Below are positions 41,393 through 52,099 of a stretch of 64,000 nt of DNA, one piece after another (position 1 is the stretch's first letter; the number at the start of each line of letters is the position of its first letter). The DNA comes from a bacterium (GTDB lineage: Bacteria; UBA8248; JACPRG01; G963555815): assembly GCA_963555815.3 (NCBI GenBank), contig CAUVWX020000001.1, forward strand, positions 480,001-544,000, written 5' to 3'. Under the pieces are notes generated by a model, which saw only the letters and a program-made list of their open reading frames with translations, was not told where the DNA came from and made no database searches. Made by a program: the position numbers and the translations under genes.

Positions 41393-41494
41393 TCATCCCC
41401 GGCGAAATACCCAAAGGATGCCGAGAAGGACAATGAAGGCCATCCCCACCAGGATGATAATCCCGCCTACGACGAAGAGAAAATCCAAGTCCAT
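41393..41494 (-). CDS. Possible 33-aa single-pass membrane peptide
   Basis: MDLDFLFVVGGIIILVGMAFIVLLGILWVFRRG*; weak RBS. Confidence 0.4.
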   Translation of the reverse strand: MDLDFLFVVGGIIILVGMAFIVLLGILWVFRRG

Positions 41495-41634
41495 GATTGA
41501 CTCGCCCTACCGCGCGAAAACGAAGAGAATCTCCGTCTCTTCTCTAAACGAAACCCAATATAGCCAGCTTGCTTCAGACGGGCAAGCGGCGGCGTGGATT
41601 CCCAGGCGACCCCTGAGATTTCTTCAGAACTTTC

Positions 41635-42291
41635 TCAGGGGTAGGCCTGATATTTCTTCTCAGCCTTACCGGCGAGGACGGCCGATTCCGGCTGCTTCAC
41701 CTCTAGGACATAGGGCTGATCCACCGAGAGCTTGAGAAGTTGTTCCAGGAGTTTTTGGTCTTCCTTCCCCTCCCACTTTCCCTCTTCCAGCTTCACGAAG
41801 AGGGGCCTCCCGCCGTTGAAGATGAGGGTCGGGACGCCGAAGACCCCATGCTTTTCGACGGCCTCCATGTGCCCTCGGGCCACCCCCTCCAACTGGCTTC
41901 GGCTCTTGAGATCACTGGCGAAGCGCTCCCCATCGAGCCCCGCCTCCTTGGCCACGTCGAGGAGGATGAGCTGGTTCGTGATGTCGAGGTTCTTCTGATG
42001 TCTCGCCCGAAAGAGGAGGAGATGGAATCGCCCAAAGGCCTCCTCCCCCTGAAGGGCAGCGCACCTGGCCGCCTCGAGGGGTGGAAGGTCCCGGCTGGGG
42101 AAAAAGTCGTCCTCCCAGATCTTCCATTCCGGACCCCGCTTCTCCTGAAAGTTCACCTGTTCCAGGATGAAGGGCTTATAGACGACCCGAAGGAGCCGAC
42201 TCTCCCTTAGACGTTCGAGCCACTCCGTGGCCCGATAGGCAAAGGGTCAGACGTAGCAGACATAGCAGGTGACGTCGAGGGCTTGATTCAT
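41635..42291 (-). CDS. DsbA/FrnE-like thioredoxin-fold protein with selenocysteine (TGA at 42247-42249)
   Basis: MNQALDVTCYVCYV-U-PFAYRATEW reads in frame into ORF 41635..42156; GVFGVPT cis-Pro loop; GAGGGG RBS; SECIS-like hairpin. Confidence 0.85.
42204..42246 (-). promoter_or_regulatory. Putative bacterial SECIS element
   Basis: Directly 3' of UGA: lower stem CCCUU/AAGGG, upper stem UCGGGCCAC/GUGGCUCGA, apical loop GGA 20 nt after UGA. Confidence 0.75.
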
Positions 42292-42377
42292 GATGAGCTC
42301 CCCTCGCCCTTTCTGATTTAAAGAAAATGTCCTGGAAACCCCCTGGCTCTTCGTAATCCCCCAGGCCCAGTGAATTT

Positions 42378-42977
42378 CTATTTCGAGCCTTTAGTGGTCC
42401 CCGGCGACAAGATACCGACGAGGGCATAGTTTTCTGCCTTGGGACTCCATCGGCCCCCCACGCGAAACCCAAGCCTGCGGAGCATCGCCCCCATGCGAGC
42501 GGCGGAGATCCGGTCGTCGAGGGGAGGCCCGGTTTCGGTCCGCCGCTTCTTCCAGTCGATGATGGCGAAGATCCCTCCCGGGCGAAGGAGACGCCTTGCC
42601 TCCCGAAGGAGGAGAGGGGGGTCATCAACCTCGTGAAGGACATAACTGAGCAGGCAGAAGTCGGCCACCCCTTTGGCAAAGGAGGAGGTGTATTCCCTCG
42701 AGGGTTTCAGGACGAGGTTCGAGACGCCGGCCTGAGCAGCCCGCTCCCTTGCCACCCGCAACATCGCCCGCGAGGTGTCGCAGGCGAAGACCCGCCCCTT
42801 CTCTCCTACGATCTTGGCAGCGGGAATGGCGAAATAGCCAGGTCCACACCCAAGGTCCACAGCGACCATCCCGCGGCGAAGGCCCATCCGCCGAAGGATT
42901 TTAAAAGGAGGGGTGGTTCGAAGGCGAGTGGGGCGGATGAGGAGATACATCTCCTCCGCTGGAAACTTCCAGGCCAT
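42378..42977 (-). CDS. Class I SAM-dependent methyltransferase
   Basis: VDLGCGPGYF, VLHEV, LRPGG, IDWKK..GPP. Confidence 0.9.
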   Translation of the reverse strand: MAWKFPAEEMYLLIRPTRLRTTPPFKILRRMGLRRGMVAVDLGCGPGYFAIPAAKIVGEKGRVFACDTSRAMLRVARERAAQAGVSNLVLKPSREYTSSFAKGVADFCLLSYVLHEVDDPPLLLREARRLLRPGGIFAIIDWKKRRTETGPPLDDRISAARMGAMLRRLGFRVGGRWSPKAENYALVGILSPGTTKGSK

Positions 42978-43211
42978 GCCGAAACCTCTTTCGTGAAAGT
43001 AAAAGAGGGTGCATTTTCACCTGCGAAGTTCTATAAATCAAGGGAAGGAACCAGGGTCGTTCGAGATATTTTATCTTCACAAACCCTCTTTTGCCCTTTG
43101 AGATCATCCCCTTCTCCTGTTCGTCGTAATGGCGAGGACCGCGGTCCTCGCCCGGAGAAGGCCTTAAGACGGCGGACCTGCCTGGTGCGCGAGAAGAAGA
43201 AGTGGGGGGCC

Positions 43212-43532
43212 ATGGACGCGCAGGCCCTGCGTCATCGGATAGAAGGCTATCTCTATATCTTCGAGTCTCTACCCTCCCGGGAAGACACCCTCTCCGGGTG
43301 CATCCAGCGCCTTCGGGCCCTGGCCAAGGAGGCGGGCGATGAGGAAGAAAAGAAAGAGCGGGCGAAGCGCCTAGACCTCCTCGTTAAGGAGGCCAAGGCT
43401 TGCGTCAACTGGTCGGAACTGGGAGTAGCGGGAAAGACGGCCCTCTTCAACCAGCTTCAGCGAAGTGAGCGTTATCTGGAATTGAAACCAGAGATCGATC
43501 CCTGTCTGACCGAGGTCTTCTTCAAACCGTGA
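43212..43532 (+). CDS. Hypothetical protein (106 aa)
   Basis: ATG 43212 after G-rich RBS-like stretch; helical-looking product. Confidence 0.55.
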   Translation: MDAQALRHRIEGYLYIFESLPSREDTLSGCIQRLRALAKEAGDEEEKKERAKRLDLLVKEAKACVNWSELGVAGKTALFNQLQRSERYLELKPEIDPCLTEVFFKP

Positions 43533-43670
43533 AGAAAAATCCAAGGGCCGCCCGGATCCCCCTGCCGGTGACCTCATCATCATTGTCCAGGGCAGATCAG
43601 GAGACCTTTTTTCCCTTTGCGTCTTCGTTTCCGGGGACTAATAAAGTATAGTAGCGAGGGTATGAGGTTT

Positions 43671-43686
43671 GGGGGGGGGGGGGGGG
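43671..43686 (+). repeat. Poly-G (16) homopolymer immediately upstream of nuoA
   Basis: 16 consecutive G ending 4 nt before the nuoA GTG. Confidence 0.85.
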
Positions 43687-43690
43687 CAGC

Positions 43691-44083
43691 GTGGAACTGG
43701 TTAACCGGTTTTTCAGTGACTACACTGTCATCCATCCCTATATCCCCATCTTCATTTTCATCCTGGTGGCGGCGGCCTTCGGAATCGGGACCCTCCTCCT
43801 GGCCTATCTCATCCGGCCCAACCGGCCAAACACTGAGAAACTCTCCCCCTATGAGTGCGGGATCCCGCCCCTCACGCGGGCGGGGGAACAATTTTCCATC
43901 CGGTTTTACATCGTCGCCATCCTCTTCCTCCTCTTTGACGTGGAGGCGGTCTTCCTGTTTCCCTGGGCAGTGGTCCACGGCCGGCTCGGCCTTTTTGGCT
44001 TCGTCGAGATGATGCTCTTCATCCTCATCCTCCTCGTCGGTTACTTCTACGCCTGGCGTAAAGGGGCCCTGGAATGGGTGTAG
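43691..44083 (+). CDS. nuoA: NADH-quinone oxidoreductase subunit A
   Basis: [23 protein letters not shown]. Confidence 0.96.
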   Translation: MELVNRFFSDYTVIHPYIPIFIFILVAAAFGIGTLLLAYLIRPNRPNTEKLSPYECGIPPLTRAGEQFSIRFYIVAILFLLFDVEAVFLFPWAVVHGRLGLFGFVEMMLFILILLVGYFYAWRKGALEWV

Positions 44084-44550
44084 TGGAACACGCCTTCGAG
44101 GAGAACATCTTCACGACAACCCTCGATTACCTGGCCAATTGGGCCCGAAAGTCATCCCTTTGGCCCATGCAATTCGGCCTGGCCTGCTGCGCGATTGAGA
44201 TGATGGCCACAGGCGCCTCCCGATATGACCTCGACCGCTTTGGGATCATCTTCAGGGCGAGCCCGCGTCAGTCGGACGTGATGATCGTGGCCGGGACCGT
44301 CACCTACAAGATGGCCCCGGTTTTGCGTAAGATCTATGACCAGATGGCAGAACCCCGGTGGGTGGTCTCCATGGGGAGCTGCTCGACGGCAGGAGGACCT
44401 TTCAACACCTACTCCACCCTCCAGGGAGTGGACCAGGTGGTCCCCGTCGACATCTATGTCACGGGCTGCCCTCCCCGCCCAGAGGCCCTGATGTGGGGGA
44501 TTCTGAAGCTGCAGGAAAAGATCCAGCAGGAAAAGTTTCTTCGAAAGTAG
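44074..44550 (+). CDS. nuoB: NADH-quinone oxidoreductase subunit B
   Basis: [21 protein letters not shown]. Confidence 0.97.
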   Translation: MGVVEHAFEENIFTTTLDYLANWARKSSLWPMQFGLACCAIEMMATGASRYDLDRFGIIFRASPRQSDVMIVAGTVTYKMAPVLRKIYDQMAEPRWVVSMGSCSTAGGPFNTYSTLQGVDQVVPVDIYVTGCPPRPEALMWGILKLQEKIQQEKFLRK

Positions 44551-44686
44551 CCCAGGGAAACGATGACCGTGAGTCAGGAAAGCCAAAGGGACCAGGGAGG
44601 CCAAAGGGACGACGGGAAGGTTTTTTTGGCGCCCTTTTGTGAATTTTTGCACAGGTTAGGCTGATCTCCGTCTGAGAAGGGACGAG

Positions 44687-45343
44687 ATGACCAAAGAGAA
44701 CCCCGCCGCCGCGGCTGAGCCCGAGGAGCCCAAAGAGCCCCCGGCCGAGAAACCCTCGGCCTCGGGGGAGAAAGAGGCCCCGTCGCCGGCGAAGGCAGAG
44801 AAGAAGCCCGACGAAAATCTCGAGGACCTCCCCTTGATGAAAGCCATTCGTGCCTTCTCAGGGGAAGGGGTGGAAGAGGTTTCCTCCTTCACGGGAAAAG
44901 AGGACGAGCTCACCGTCGTCGTCCGGCGGGACCAGATCCACCCACTTTGCCTCCACCTCAAAGACCAACACAATTTCAATTTTCTAGCGGACCTCTGCGG
45001 CGTCCACTACCCGGACCGGGATCGCCCCTTTGAGGTGGTCTATCACCTCTATGGCTTGGAGCGAAGGGAGCGCCTTCGGCTGAAGGTCCGCCTTGGGGAG
45101 GCGGAGGCGGCCCCAACCGTATCTGACATCTGGCGGACGGCCAACTGGCTCGAACGAGAAGCCTACGACATGGTGGGGATTGATTTCGAGGGCCATCCCG
45201 ACCTCAGACGGATCCTCCTCCCGGACGACTGGGAAGGCCATCCCCTCCGAAAGGAGTATCCCGTTCGCGGGGACGGGTTCGGGCTTCAATGGGTGGAGCG
45301 CCACATCCCGCCAGCCGCCCGGCCCATAGCCCATCGAGAGTGA
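44687..45343 (+). CDS. nuoC: NADH-quinone oxidoreductase subunit C
   Basis: [31 protein letters not shown]. Confidence 0.96.
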   Translation: MTKENPAAAAEPEEPKEPPAEKPSASGEKEAPSPAKAEKKPDENLEDLPLMKAIRAFSGEGVEEVSSFTGKEDELTVVVRRDQIHPLCLHLKDQHNFNFLADLCGVHYPDRDRPFEVVYHLYGLERRERLRLKVRLGEAEAAPTVSDIWRTANWLEREAYDMVGIDFEGHPDLRRILLPDDWEGHPLRKEYPVRGDGFGLQWVERHIPPAARPIAHRE

Positions 45344-45347
45344 GACG

Positions 45348-46472
45348 ATGACCCAGGTCACCCCAGAGACCATCGTCCCCCAGGTGGAAGAGCTCATCCT
45401 GAACATGGGGCCGCAGCACCCCAGCACCCACGGGGTCCTTCGCGTCATCCTCCGGCTAAAGGGGGAGATTGTGCAAGGGGTTGATGTGGACATCGGCTAT
45501 CTCCACCGGGGCGTCGAAAAGATCGGCGAGAACATCACCTACGCCCAGTTCGTTCCCTACACAGACCGAACGGATTACGTGGCCTCCCCGGCCAACAACC
45601 TGGGATATGTGGAGGCGGTGGAGAAGCTCGCCCTGATGCAGGTCCCAGCCCGGGCCCAGTACATCCGGGTCATCACAGCCGAGCTCACCCGGATTGCGAG
45701 CCACCTCCTCTGGCTCGCCACCCACGCCCTGGACATCGGGGCCATGACGGTCTTCCTCTATTGTTTCCGGGACCGGGAGAAGGTCTTGGACCTCTTTGAG
45801 ATCGCCTTTGGGGCCCGACTCACGGTCCACGCCTTCCGCGTCGGGGGCATCTACCACGACCCCCCCAAACTCTTCTACGACAAGTGTACGGAGTTCGCCC
45901 GCGAGTTTCCCAAGGCCATCTACGACTATGAAGACCTCCTCACCGAGAACCGCATCTGGCAGTCCAGGACCCGCGGAGTGGCCGTCCTTTCCGCCGAGGA
46001 CGCCATTGACCTCGGGGCCAGTGGGCCCATCCTGAGGGCCTCCGGCGTGGCCCATGACGTGCGGCGTGCAGAGCCCTACGCCGCCTATGAGGATTTTGAC
46101 TTCACCATCCCGGTGGGAAAGAACGGCGATGTCTATGACCGTTACCTCGTCCGTGTGGAGGAGATGCGCCAGAGCGCCTTCATTATCGAGCAGGCCGCCG
46201 CCGACCTCCCCTCCGGAAAGACCATGGCCAAGGTTCCCCGGGTGTTGAAGCCAAAAAGGGGGGAAGTCTACCACCGGATAGAGAGCCCCAAGGGGGAGCT
46301 GGGCTACTATCTGGTCAGTGACGGGACCGACCGGGCTTACCGGCTGAGGATCCGTCCCCCCTCTTTCGTGAATCTGCAGTCGATCTCCACCATGATGCAG
46401 GGCGGCCTCGTCGCGGACGCCGTCGCCGCCATCGGGAGCATCGATATCGTGCTCGGGGAAGTGGATCGTTAA
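45348..46472 (+). CDS. nuoD: NADH-quinone oxidoreductase subunit D
   Basis: [29 protein letters not shown]. Confidence 0.97.
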   Translation: MTQVTPETIVPQVEELILNMGPQHPSTHGVLRVILRLKGEIVQGVDVDIGYLHRGVEKIGENITYAQFVPYTDRTDYVASPANNLGYVEAVEKLALMQVPARAQYIRVITAELTRIASHLLWLATHALDIGAMTVFLYCFRDREKVLDLFEIAFGARLTVHAFRVGGIYHDPPKLFYDKCTEFAREFPKAIYDYEDLLTENRIWQSRTRGVAVLSAEDAIDLGASGPILRASGVAHDVRRAEPYAAYEDFDFTIPVGKNGDVYDRYLVRVEEMRQSAFIIEQAAADLPSGKTMAKVPRVLKPKRGEVYHRIESPKGELGYYLVSDGTDRAYRLRIRPPSFVNLQSISTMMQGGLVADAVAAIGSIDIVLGEVDR

Positions 46473-46511
46473 GGTCAGCGCCCCCCCCAGCGGAGGCCAA
46501 GGTGTACATAG

Positions 46512-47594
46512 ATGTGGCTTGAAGTTGGCTTCGCCCTCATCAAGATCCTGATTATCTGGGGGGCAGTCTCGTTCCTGGTGGCCTACATGGTCTACTTCGA
46601 GCGAAAGGTCATCGGGCACATTCAGGTGCGCATGGGTCCCATGCGGGTCGGCTACCACGGCCTCCTTCAGCCCATTGCCGACGGTCTAAAACTCTTCCTC
46701 AAAGAAGACATCATCCCGCACCAGGCGGATCGACCGGTCTTCCTGATGGCCCCGCTCTTCGCCCTCATCCCCGCCTTCATCGTCTACTCGGTCATCCCCA
46801 TCTCGGGGAACTTCTTCATTGCCAACATCGACATTGGGATCATCTACATCCTCGGGATCTCCTCCCTCGGTGTCTTCGGCATCGTCATGGCGGGCTGGGC
46901 CTCGGGGAGCAAGTATTCCCTGCTGGGGGGGTTCCGGAGCGCGGCCCAACTCATCAGCTACGAGATCTTTCTGGGGTTCGCCCTGATCGGCCCTCTCATG
47001 GTGGCCGGGTCCCTGAACCTCCTTGAGATTGTCGAGGCCCAGAAGAACGTCTGGTTCATCTTCTATCAGCCGCTGGCTTTCGTCCTCTACTTCGTCGCCG
47101 GGCTCGCCGAGACCAACCGCCACCCCTTTGACCTCCCCGAGGCCGAAACAGAGCTGGTGGGGGGCTTCCACACCGAGTACAGCGGCATGAAGTTCGCCTT
47201 CTTCTTCCTGGCCGAGTACGCCAACATGATGGTGATCTGCTCCATCGGGGCGATCATCTTCTTCGGGGGCTGGCAAATCCCGCAGTTCCTGGAAACCATC
47301 ATCTCGGGTGGGGTGGACCTGGTCACCTCCCTGGTGGCATCGGCCCTCGGCGCCGCCCCTACGGGGTTGGCTTCCCTGGTCCAGAACATCGGGGGGGTGG
47401 TGAAGGCCGTCCTCATCTCAGGACCTCTCTGGTTCTTCCTCAAGGTGCTGTTCGGGATGTTCCTGTTCTTCTGGATCAGGGGGACCCTGCCGCGCTTTCG
47501 CTATGACCGGCTCATGGCAATGGGGTGGAAGTTAATGTTCCCGCTGGCTCTCTTGAACATCTTCATCACCGGCATCGTTCTGCATCTCGTTTAA
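46512..47594 (+). CDS. nuoH: NADH-quinone oxidoreductase subunit H
   Basis: [35 protein letters not shown]. Confidence 0.97.
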   Translation: MWLEVGFALIKILIIWGAVSFLVAYMVYFERKVIGHIQVRMGPMRVGYHGLLQPIADGLKLFLKEDIIPHQADRPVFLMAPLFALIPAFIVYSVIPISGNFFIANIDIGIIYILGISSLGVFGIVMAGWASGSKYSLLGGFRSAAQLISYEIFLGFALIGPLMVAGSLNLLEIVEAQKNVWFIFYQPLAFVLYFVAGLAETNRHPFDLPEAETELVGGFHTEYSGMKFAFFFLAEYANMMVICSIGAIIFFGGWQIPQFLETIISGGVDLVTSLVASALGAAPTGLASLVQNIGGVVKAVLISGPLWFFLKVLFGMFLFFWIRGTLPRFRYDRLMAMGWKLMFPLALLNIFITGIVLHLV

Positions 47595-47607
47595 AGGGGA
47601 TCCCAAG

Positions 47608-48129
47608 ATGGAATGGCCATTTTTTCTCATCTTTGCGGTCGGGATGATCGCCTCCTCCGTGATGGTCATCAGCCTGAGAAACATGGTCCACAGCGCCCTC
47701 TCTCTCCTCCTCAGCTTCTTCTTCGTGGCTGCCCTCTACGTCATGCTGGGAGCGGAGTTTCTCGCCGCCATCCAGATCCTCATCTACGCCGGGGCCATCA
47801 TGATGCTCTACGTCTTCGTCATCATGCTCGTTAATGTGCGCGAGCAAATGGGGGTTCGTCAGTGGAACCGCCAGCGGGCCTTCGCTTTCATCATCGGCGG
47901 GCTCCTGGCCGCCGAGTTCCTGGTCATCCTGTTGACGGGATTCTTCGATTTGCTGCCCCCGGCGAGGGTTGTCGCAGAAGGGGCGAAGGCCACTGCTGAG
48001 ATAGGCAACACCGAGGCCTTCGGGAGCGTTCTCTACACCCAGTTCCTCTTCCCCTTTGAGGTGGTCTCCCTCCTCCTCCTGGCGGCCATGATCGGGGCCA
48101 TCGTGCTGGCCAAGCGAGAGATTAAGTAA
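47608..48129 (+). CDS. nuoJ: NADH-quinone oxidoreductase subunit J
   Basis: VHSAL, QILIYAGAI, PFEVVSLLLLAAMIGAI. Confidence 0.95.
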   Translation: MEWPFFLIFAVGMIASSVMVISLRNMVHSALSLLLSFFFVAALYVMLGAEFLAAIQILIYAGAIMMLYVFVIMLVNVREQMGVRQWNRQRAFAFIIGGLLAAEFLVILLTGFFDLLPPARVVAEGAKATAEIGNTEAFGSVLYTQFLFPFEVVSLLLLAAMIGAIVLAKREIK

Positions 48130-48432
48130 ATGGTCCCCATTCCTTACTACCTCGCCCTGGGGGGCATCATCTTCCTGATTGGGGCCGTCGGGGTCCTGAC
48201 CAGGCGAAACATCATGATCATCCTGATGTCCATCGAACTCATGCTGAACGCCGTCAACCTGACCCTGATTGCCTTCTCCAGGGCCCATGGGAACCTAACG
48301 GGGCAGGTCTTCGCCATCTTTGTCATCGCGGTGGCGGCGGCCGAGGCTGCCGTCGGACTCGCCCTCATCATCTCCATCAACCGGCGAAGAGCCACCCTGA
48401 ACGTCGACGAGATCAACCTGTTGAAATGGTGA
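48130..48432 (+). CDS. nuoK: NADH-quinone oxidoreductase subunit K
   Basis: [24 protein letters not shown]. Confidence 0.96.
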   Translation: MVPIPYYLALGGIIFLIGAVGVLTRRNIMIILMSIELMLNAVNLTLIAFSRAHGNLTGQVFAIFVIAVAAAEAAVGLALIISINRRRATLNVDEINLLKW

Positions 48433-48437
48433 TGTGA

Positions 48438-50459
48438 GTGCTGAATTTTTTGCCTCTCGTTCTCGCTTTTCCGGCCCTGGGGGTCTTGGTGAACGGATTC
48501 CTCGGGCGCTACATCGGAAGGAAGGCCCACTGGCCCGCCATTATCTCCACCGGCCTCTCTCTGGGGCTGTCCCTCTTCTTCCTCTACCAGGCGGTCTTTC
48601 GGGGCCTGAGCGGCGAGGTACGCCTCTTTGAGTGGATCGCGGCGCCAAGCTTTCTGGCCGAAGTGGCGTTCCTTCTGGACCCCCTCAGCGCCGTGATGCT
48701 CTTCGTGGTGACGGGAGTGGGGTTCGTCATCCACGTCTACTCGGCCGGGTACATGCGCGGGGACCCGGGCTACTCCCGCTACTTCGCCTATCTGAACCTC
48801 TTCATGTTCTCGATGCTCCTTCTCATCCTGGCCAACAACTACCTCCTCATGTTCGTCGGCTGGGAGGGGGTGGGCCTCTGTTCCTATCTCCTCATCGGCT
48901 TTTGGTACCACAAGAAGTCAGCCGCCGACGCGGGGAAAAAGGCCTTCATCATGAACCGCATCGGGGACGCGAGTTTCCTTCTGGGCCTCTTTCTCATCTT
49001 CCAGACCTTCGGGACGCTGAACTACGCAGGCGTCTTCAGTCAGGCCGGGGCCGCGGTGCCGGGCTCCGCCATCGCCGGCGCGGCGACGGCCATTACGCTC
49101 CTCCTCTTTGTGGGGGCCGTGGGGAAATCGGCCCAGCTTCCCCTCTACACCTGGCTTCCGGACGCCATGGAAGGCCCCACTCCGGTCAGCGCCCTCATCC
49201 ACGCCGCCACCATGGTGACCGCCGGGGTTTACATGGTGGCCCGCTCGAACGCCCTCTATCTCCTCTCCCCCGTGTCTATGAGCGTGGTGGCTCTGGTCGG
49301 GGCCCTCACGGCCATCTTCGCCGCCTCCATTGCGCTCGTCCAGAATGACATCAAAAAGGTCCTGGCTTACTCCACGGTGAGCCAGCTCGGCTACATGTTT
49401 CTGGCCCTTGGGGTGGGGGCCTTCGGGGCCGGGATCTTCCACCTCATGACCCACGCCTTCTTCAAAGGTCTCCTGTTCCTCGGCGCAGGGAGCGTCATCC
49501 ACGCCCTGCACTCCGACCCGGAGGAGGGGCGAAGACAGGATCTTCGCTACATGGGGGGGCTTCGTCGCCACCTCCCCCTCACGGCCATCACCTTTTACGT
49601 GGGAGCCCTCGCCATCGCCGGGATCCCGCCCTTCGCGGGCTTCTTCAGCAAAGATGAGATCCTGGCCGAGACCTTCAAGGGGGGCCACTACTTCCTCTAC
49701 GCCCTGGGGATCATCACCGCCTTCATGACGGCCTTCTACATGTTCCGCCTCATCTATCTCGCCTTCTACGGAAAACCCCGGGGCGACCCTCACGTTGTCT
49801 CCCATGTCCACGAATCCCCCGCCGTAATGACGGTCCCCTTGGTGATCCTCGCCGTCCTCGCCCTGGTGGGGGGCTGGGTCGGCATCCCGCAGATGAACCT
49901 CTTTCACGACTATTTGGCGCCTGTCTTCCCAGACGGGGGCCACGCCGGCATCCAGCTGGTGGCCGCTTCAGCGGGGAGCGAATCAGGCGGGTTCGGTGCC
50001 CTGGAGCTGTGGCTCGCCGTCTTTTCGGTGGCGGTGGGGGTGTCGGGGTGGATGCTGGCCCGCCACATGTATCGAAAGAGGCCAGACCTCCCCGCCAAGG
50101 TGGCCGATCGATTCCGTGGGGTCTACCGGCTCCTCCTCAATAAATACTGGGTGGACGAGATCTACCACGCCGTCTTCGTGCGGCCCTCGATGCGCCTGGC
50201 TCATCTTTGTTCGAGCATCGACACCAAGGGCGTGGACGGGGCTGTCAACGGGGCCTCATGGGGAACGGTGGGCCTCAGCAAGCTGTCTGGCATTTTCGAT
50301 CTTAAAACGGTGGACGGTGCCGTAAATGGGATCGCGGTCATTCTCATCAACTCGGCCCGGGGGCTCCGCCGCCTTCAGACAGGCGTCGTCCAGAACTATG
50401 CCCTGGTCATGCTCCTTGGCATTTTCATCACCGTGAGCCTCTTCCTCCTTCTCGGTTGA
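48438..50459 (+). CDS. nuoL: NADH-quinone oxidoreductase subunit L
   Basis: GWEGVGLCSY, WLPDAMEGPTPVSALIHAATMV, THAFFKGLLFL. Confidence 0.97.
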   Translation: MLNFLPLVLAFPALGVLVNGFLGRYIGRKAHWPAIISTGLSLGLSLFFLYQAVFRGLSGEVRLFEWIAAPSFLAEVAFLLDPLSAVMLFVVTGVGFVIHVYSAGYMRGDPGYSRYFAYLNLFMFSMLLLILANNYLLMFVGWEGVGLCSYLLIGFWYHKKSAADAGKKAFIMNRIGDASFLLGLFLIFQTFGTLNYAGVFSQAGAAVPGSAIAGAATAITLLLFVGAVGKSAQLPLYTWLPDAMEGPTPVSALIHAATMVTAGVYMVARSNALYLLSPVSMSVVALVGALTAIFAASIALVQNDIKKVLAYSTVSQLGYMFLALGVGAFGAGIFHLMTHAFFKGLLFLGAGSVIHALHSDPEEGRRQDLRYMGGLRRHLPLTAITFYVGALAIAGIPPFAGFFSKDEILAETFKGGHYFLYALGIITAFMTAFYMFRLIYLAFYGKPRGDPHVVSHVHESPAVMTVPLVILAVLALVGGWVGIPQMNLFHDYLAPVFPDGGHAGIQLVAASAGSESGGFGALELWLAVFSVAVGVSGWMLARHMYRKRPDLPAKVADRFRGVYRLLLNKYWVDEIYHAVFVRPSMRLAHLCSSIDTKGVDGAVNGASWGTVGLSKLSGIFDLKTVDGAVNGIAVILINSARGLRRLQTGVVQNYALVMLLGIFITVSLFLLLG

Positions 50460-50500
50460 GGAGAGATGACTTCTAAGTTCTGACTGGGAGTTTCGCTTCT

Positions 50501-52096
50501 ATGACAAACGCCCTCGGCTTCTCCGTCCTTTCGATAACGGCCTACGTCCCTATCGTAGGGGCCATCCTGATCATGTTCCTCTTCTCCAGGCAGCGACCAC
50601 TCGCCATCAAGTGGTTCGCCTTCGGTGTCTCGCTGATCTCCCTCTTTTTCTCACTCTTCATGATCCCCTACTTTGAGCCGAGCAATGTCCAAATGCAGTT
50701 CGTCGAACGCGCGGAGTGGATCCCATCCATCGGGGTCCAATACTTCTTTGGCATCGATGGGATCAGCCTCCCCCTCATCATCCTGACCACGCTCCTCAGC
50801 TCCGTTGCGGTTCTCTGCTCCTTCAGCAACATCGGGGAACGGCAAAAAGAGTACTACGTGAGCCTCCTCATCCTGGAGACAGGGATGCTGGGGGTCTTCA
50901 TGGCCCTTGACGTTTTCCTGTTCTACGTCTTCTGGGAGGTCATGCTGGTCCCCATGTATTTCCTCATCGGCATCTGGGGGGGACAGAGGAAGCTCTACGC
51001 CGCCATCAAGTTCTTTCTCTACACACTCTTCGGGAGCGTCTTCATCCTCCTGGGTTTTCTGGCCCTTTACTTCCTAAACGCAAACCCCGCCTACGGCTCC
51101 GGCGAGTTCACCTTTAACTTGCTTGAGCTCTACCGGATGGCGCCGAGGCTGCCCGAGAATTTTCAGTTCTGGATCTTCCTCGCTCTCTTTGTGGGCTTCG
51201 CCATCAAGGTCCCCTTATTCCCCCTCCACACCTGGCTTCCAGACGCCCACGTGGAGGCCCCCACGGCGGGAAGTGTCATCCTGGCCGGGGTGCTCCTCAA
51301 GATGGGGACCTATGGCTTTGTCCGCTTCAGCCTCCCCCTGCTGCCCAAGGCCAGCTTCAACCTTGTCCCTTTCATCTCCCTTCTGGCCATCATCGGGATC
51401 ATCTACGGGGCCCTTGTGGCCATGGCCCAGAAAGACATTAAAAAACTGGTGGCCTATAGCTCCGTGAGCCATCTCGGGTTCGTCATGCTGGGGATCTTCG
51501 CCCTGAACTCCCAGGGTCTTCTTGGGGCCCTTCTCCAGAACCTGAACCACGGTCTCTCCACCGGGGCCCTCTTCTTGATCGTGGGGATCCTCTATGAGCG
51601 CAGACACACCCGAATGATCGCCGACTACGGAGGTCTCTCCAGCGTGATGCCGGTCTTCACGGTGGTCTTCGCCATCGCCATGTTCTCATCCATCGGGCTT
51701 CCCGGCCTCAACGGCTTCGTGGGAGAATTCCTCATCCTCCTTGGGGTCTTTCAGACGAGCACGGTGTACGCCGCCTTCGCTGTCACGGGGATCGTCCTCG
51801 GGGCGGGCTATATGCTCTGGCTCTTCCAGCGGATGATGTTCGGGCCCGTGACCCATGAGGAGAACCGAAATCTCCGGGACATGAACCGCCGCGAAGTCGC
51901 CTACATGCTCCCCATCCTCGTCCTCATGTTCTGGATTGGGATCTACCCCAAGCCTTACCTCGAAATCATGGAACCAAGCGTCAAGAACCTCATCCAGCAC
52001 GTGGAGCTGGCCCGGGGGACGCCCGAAAGCCTATCCGCCCAGGCGTCTGAGGCCTTGAGACAGCATCAGTACCTGACCACAGAATGGAGCAGGTAG
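50501..52096 (+). CDS. nuoM: NADH-quinone oxidoreductase subunit M
   Basis: FWEVML, HTWLPDAHVEAPT, AYSSVSHLG, GLPGLNGFVGEF. Confidence 0.97.
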   Translation: MTNALGFSVLSITAYVPIVGAILIMFLFSRQRPLAIKWFAFGVSLISLFFSLFMIPYFEPSNVQMQFVERAEWIPSIGVQYFFGIDGISLPLIILTTLLSSVAVLCSFSNIGERQKEYYVSLLILETGMLGVFMALDVFLFYVFWEVMLVPMYFLIGIWGGQRKLYAAIKFFLYTLFGSVFILLGFLALYFLNANPAYGSGEFTFNLLELYRMAPRLPENFQFWIFLALFVGFAIKVPLFPLHTWLPDAHVEAPTAGSVILAGVLLKMGTYGFVRFSLPLLPKASFNLVPFISLLAIIGIIYGALVAMAQKDIKKLVAYSSVSHLGFVMLGIFALNSQGLLGALLQNLNHGLSTGALFLIVGILYERRHTRMIADYGGLSSVMPVFTVVFAIAMFSSIGLPGLNGFVGEFLILLGVFQTSTVYAAFAVTGIVLGAGYMLWLFQRMMFGPVTHEENRNLRDMNRREVAYMLPILVLMFWIGIYPKPYLEIMEPSVKNLIQHVELARGTPESLSAQASEALRQHQYLTTEWSR

Positions 52097-52099
52097 GAG

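Noticed and set aside
44562..44664. Short ORF and GCCAAAGGGAC direct repeat between nuoB and nuoC as a nuoI remnant
   Set aside because: About 33 codons with no CxxCxxCxxxCP motif; only two short repeat copies
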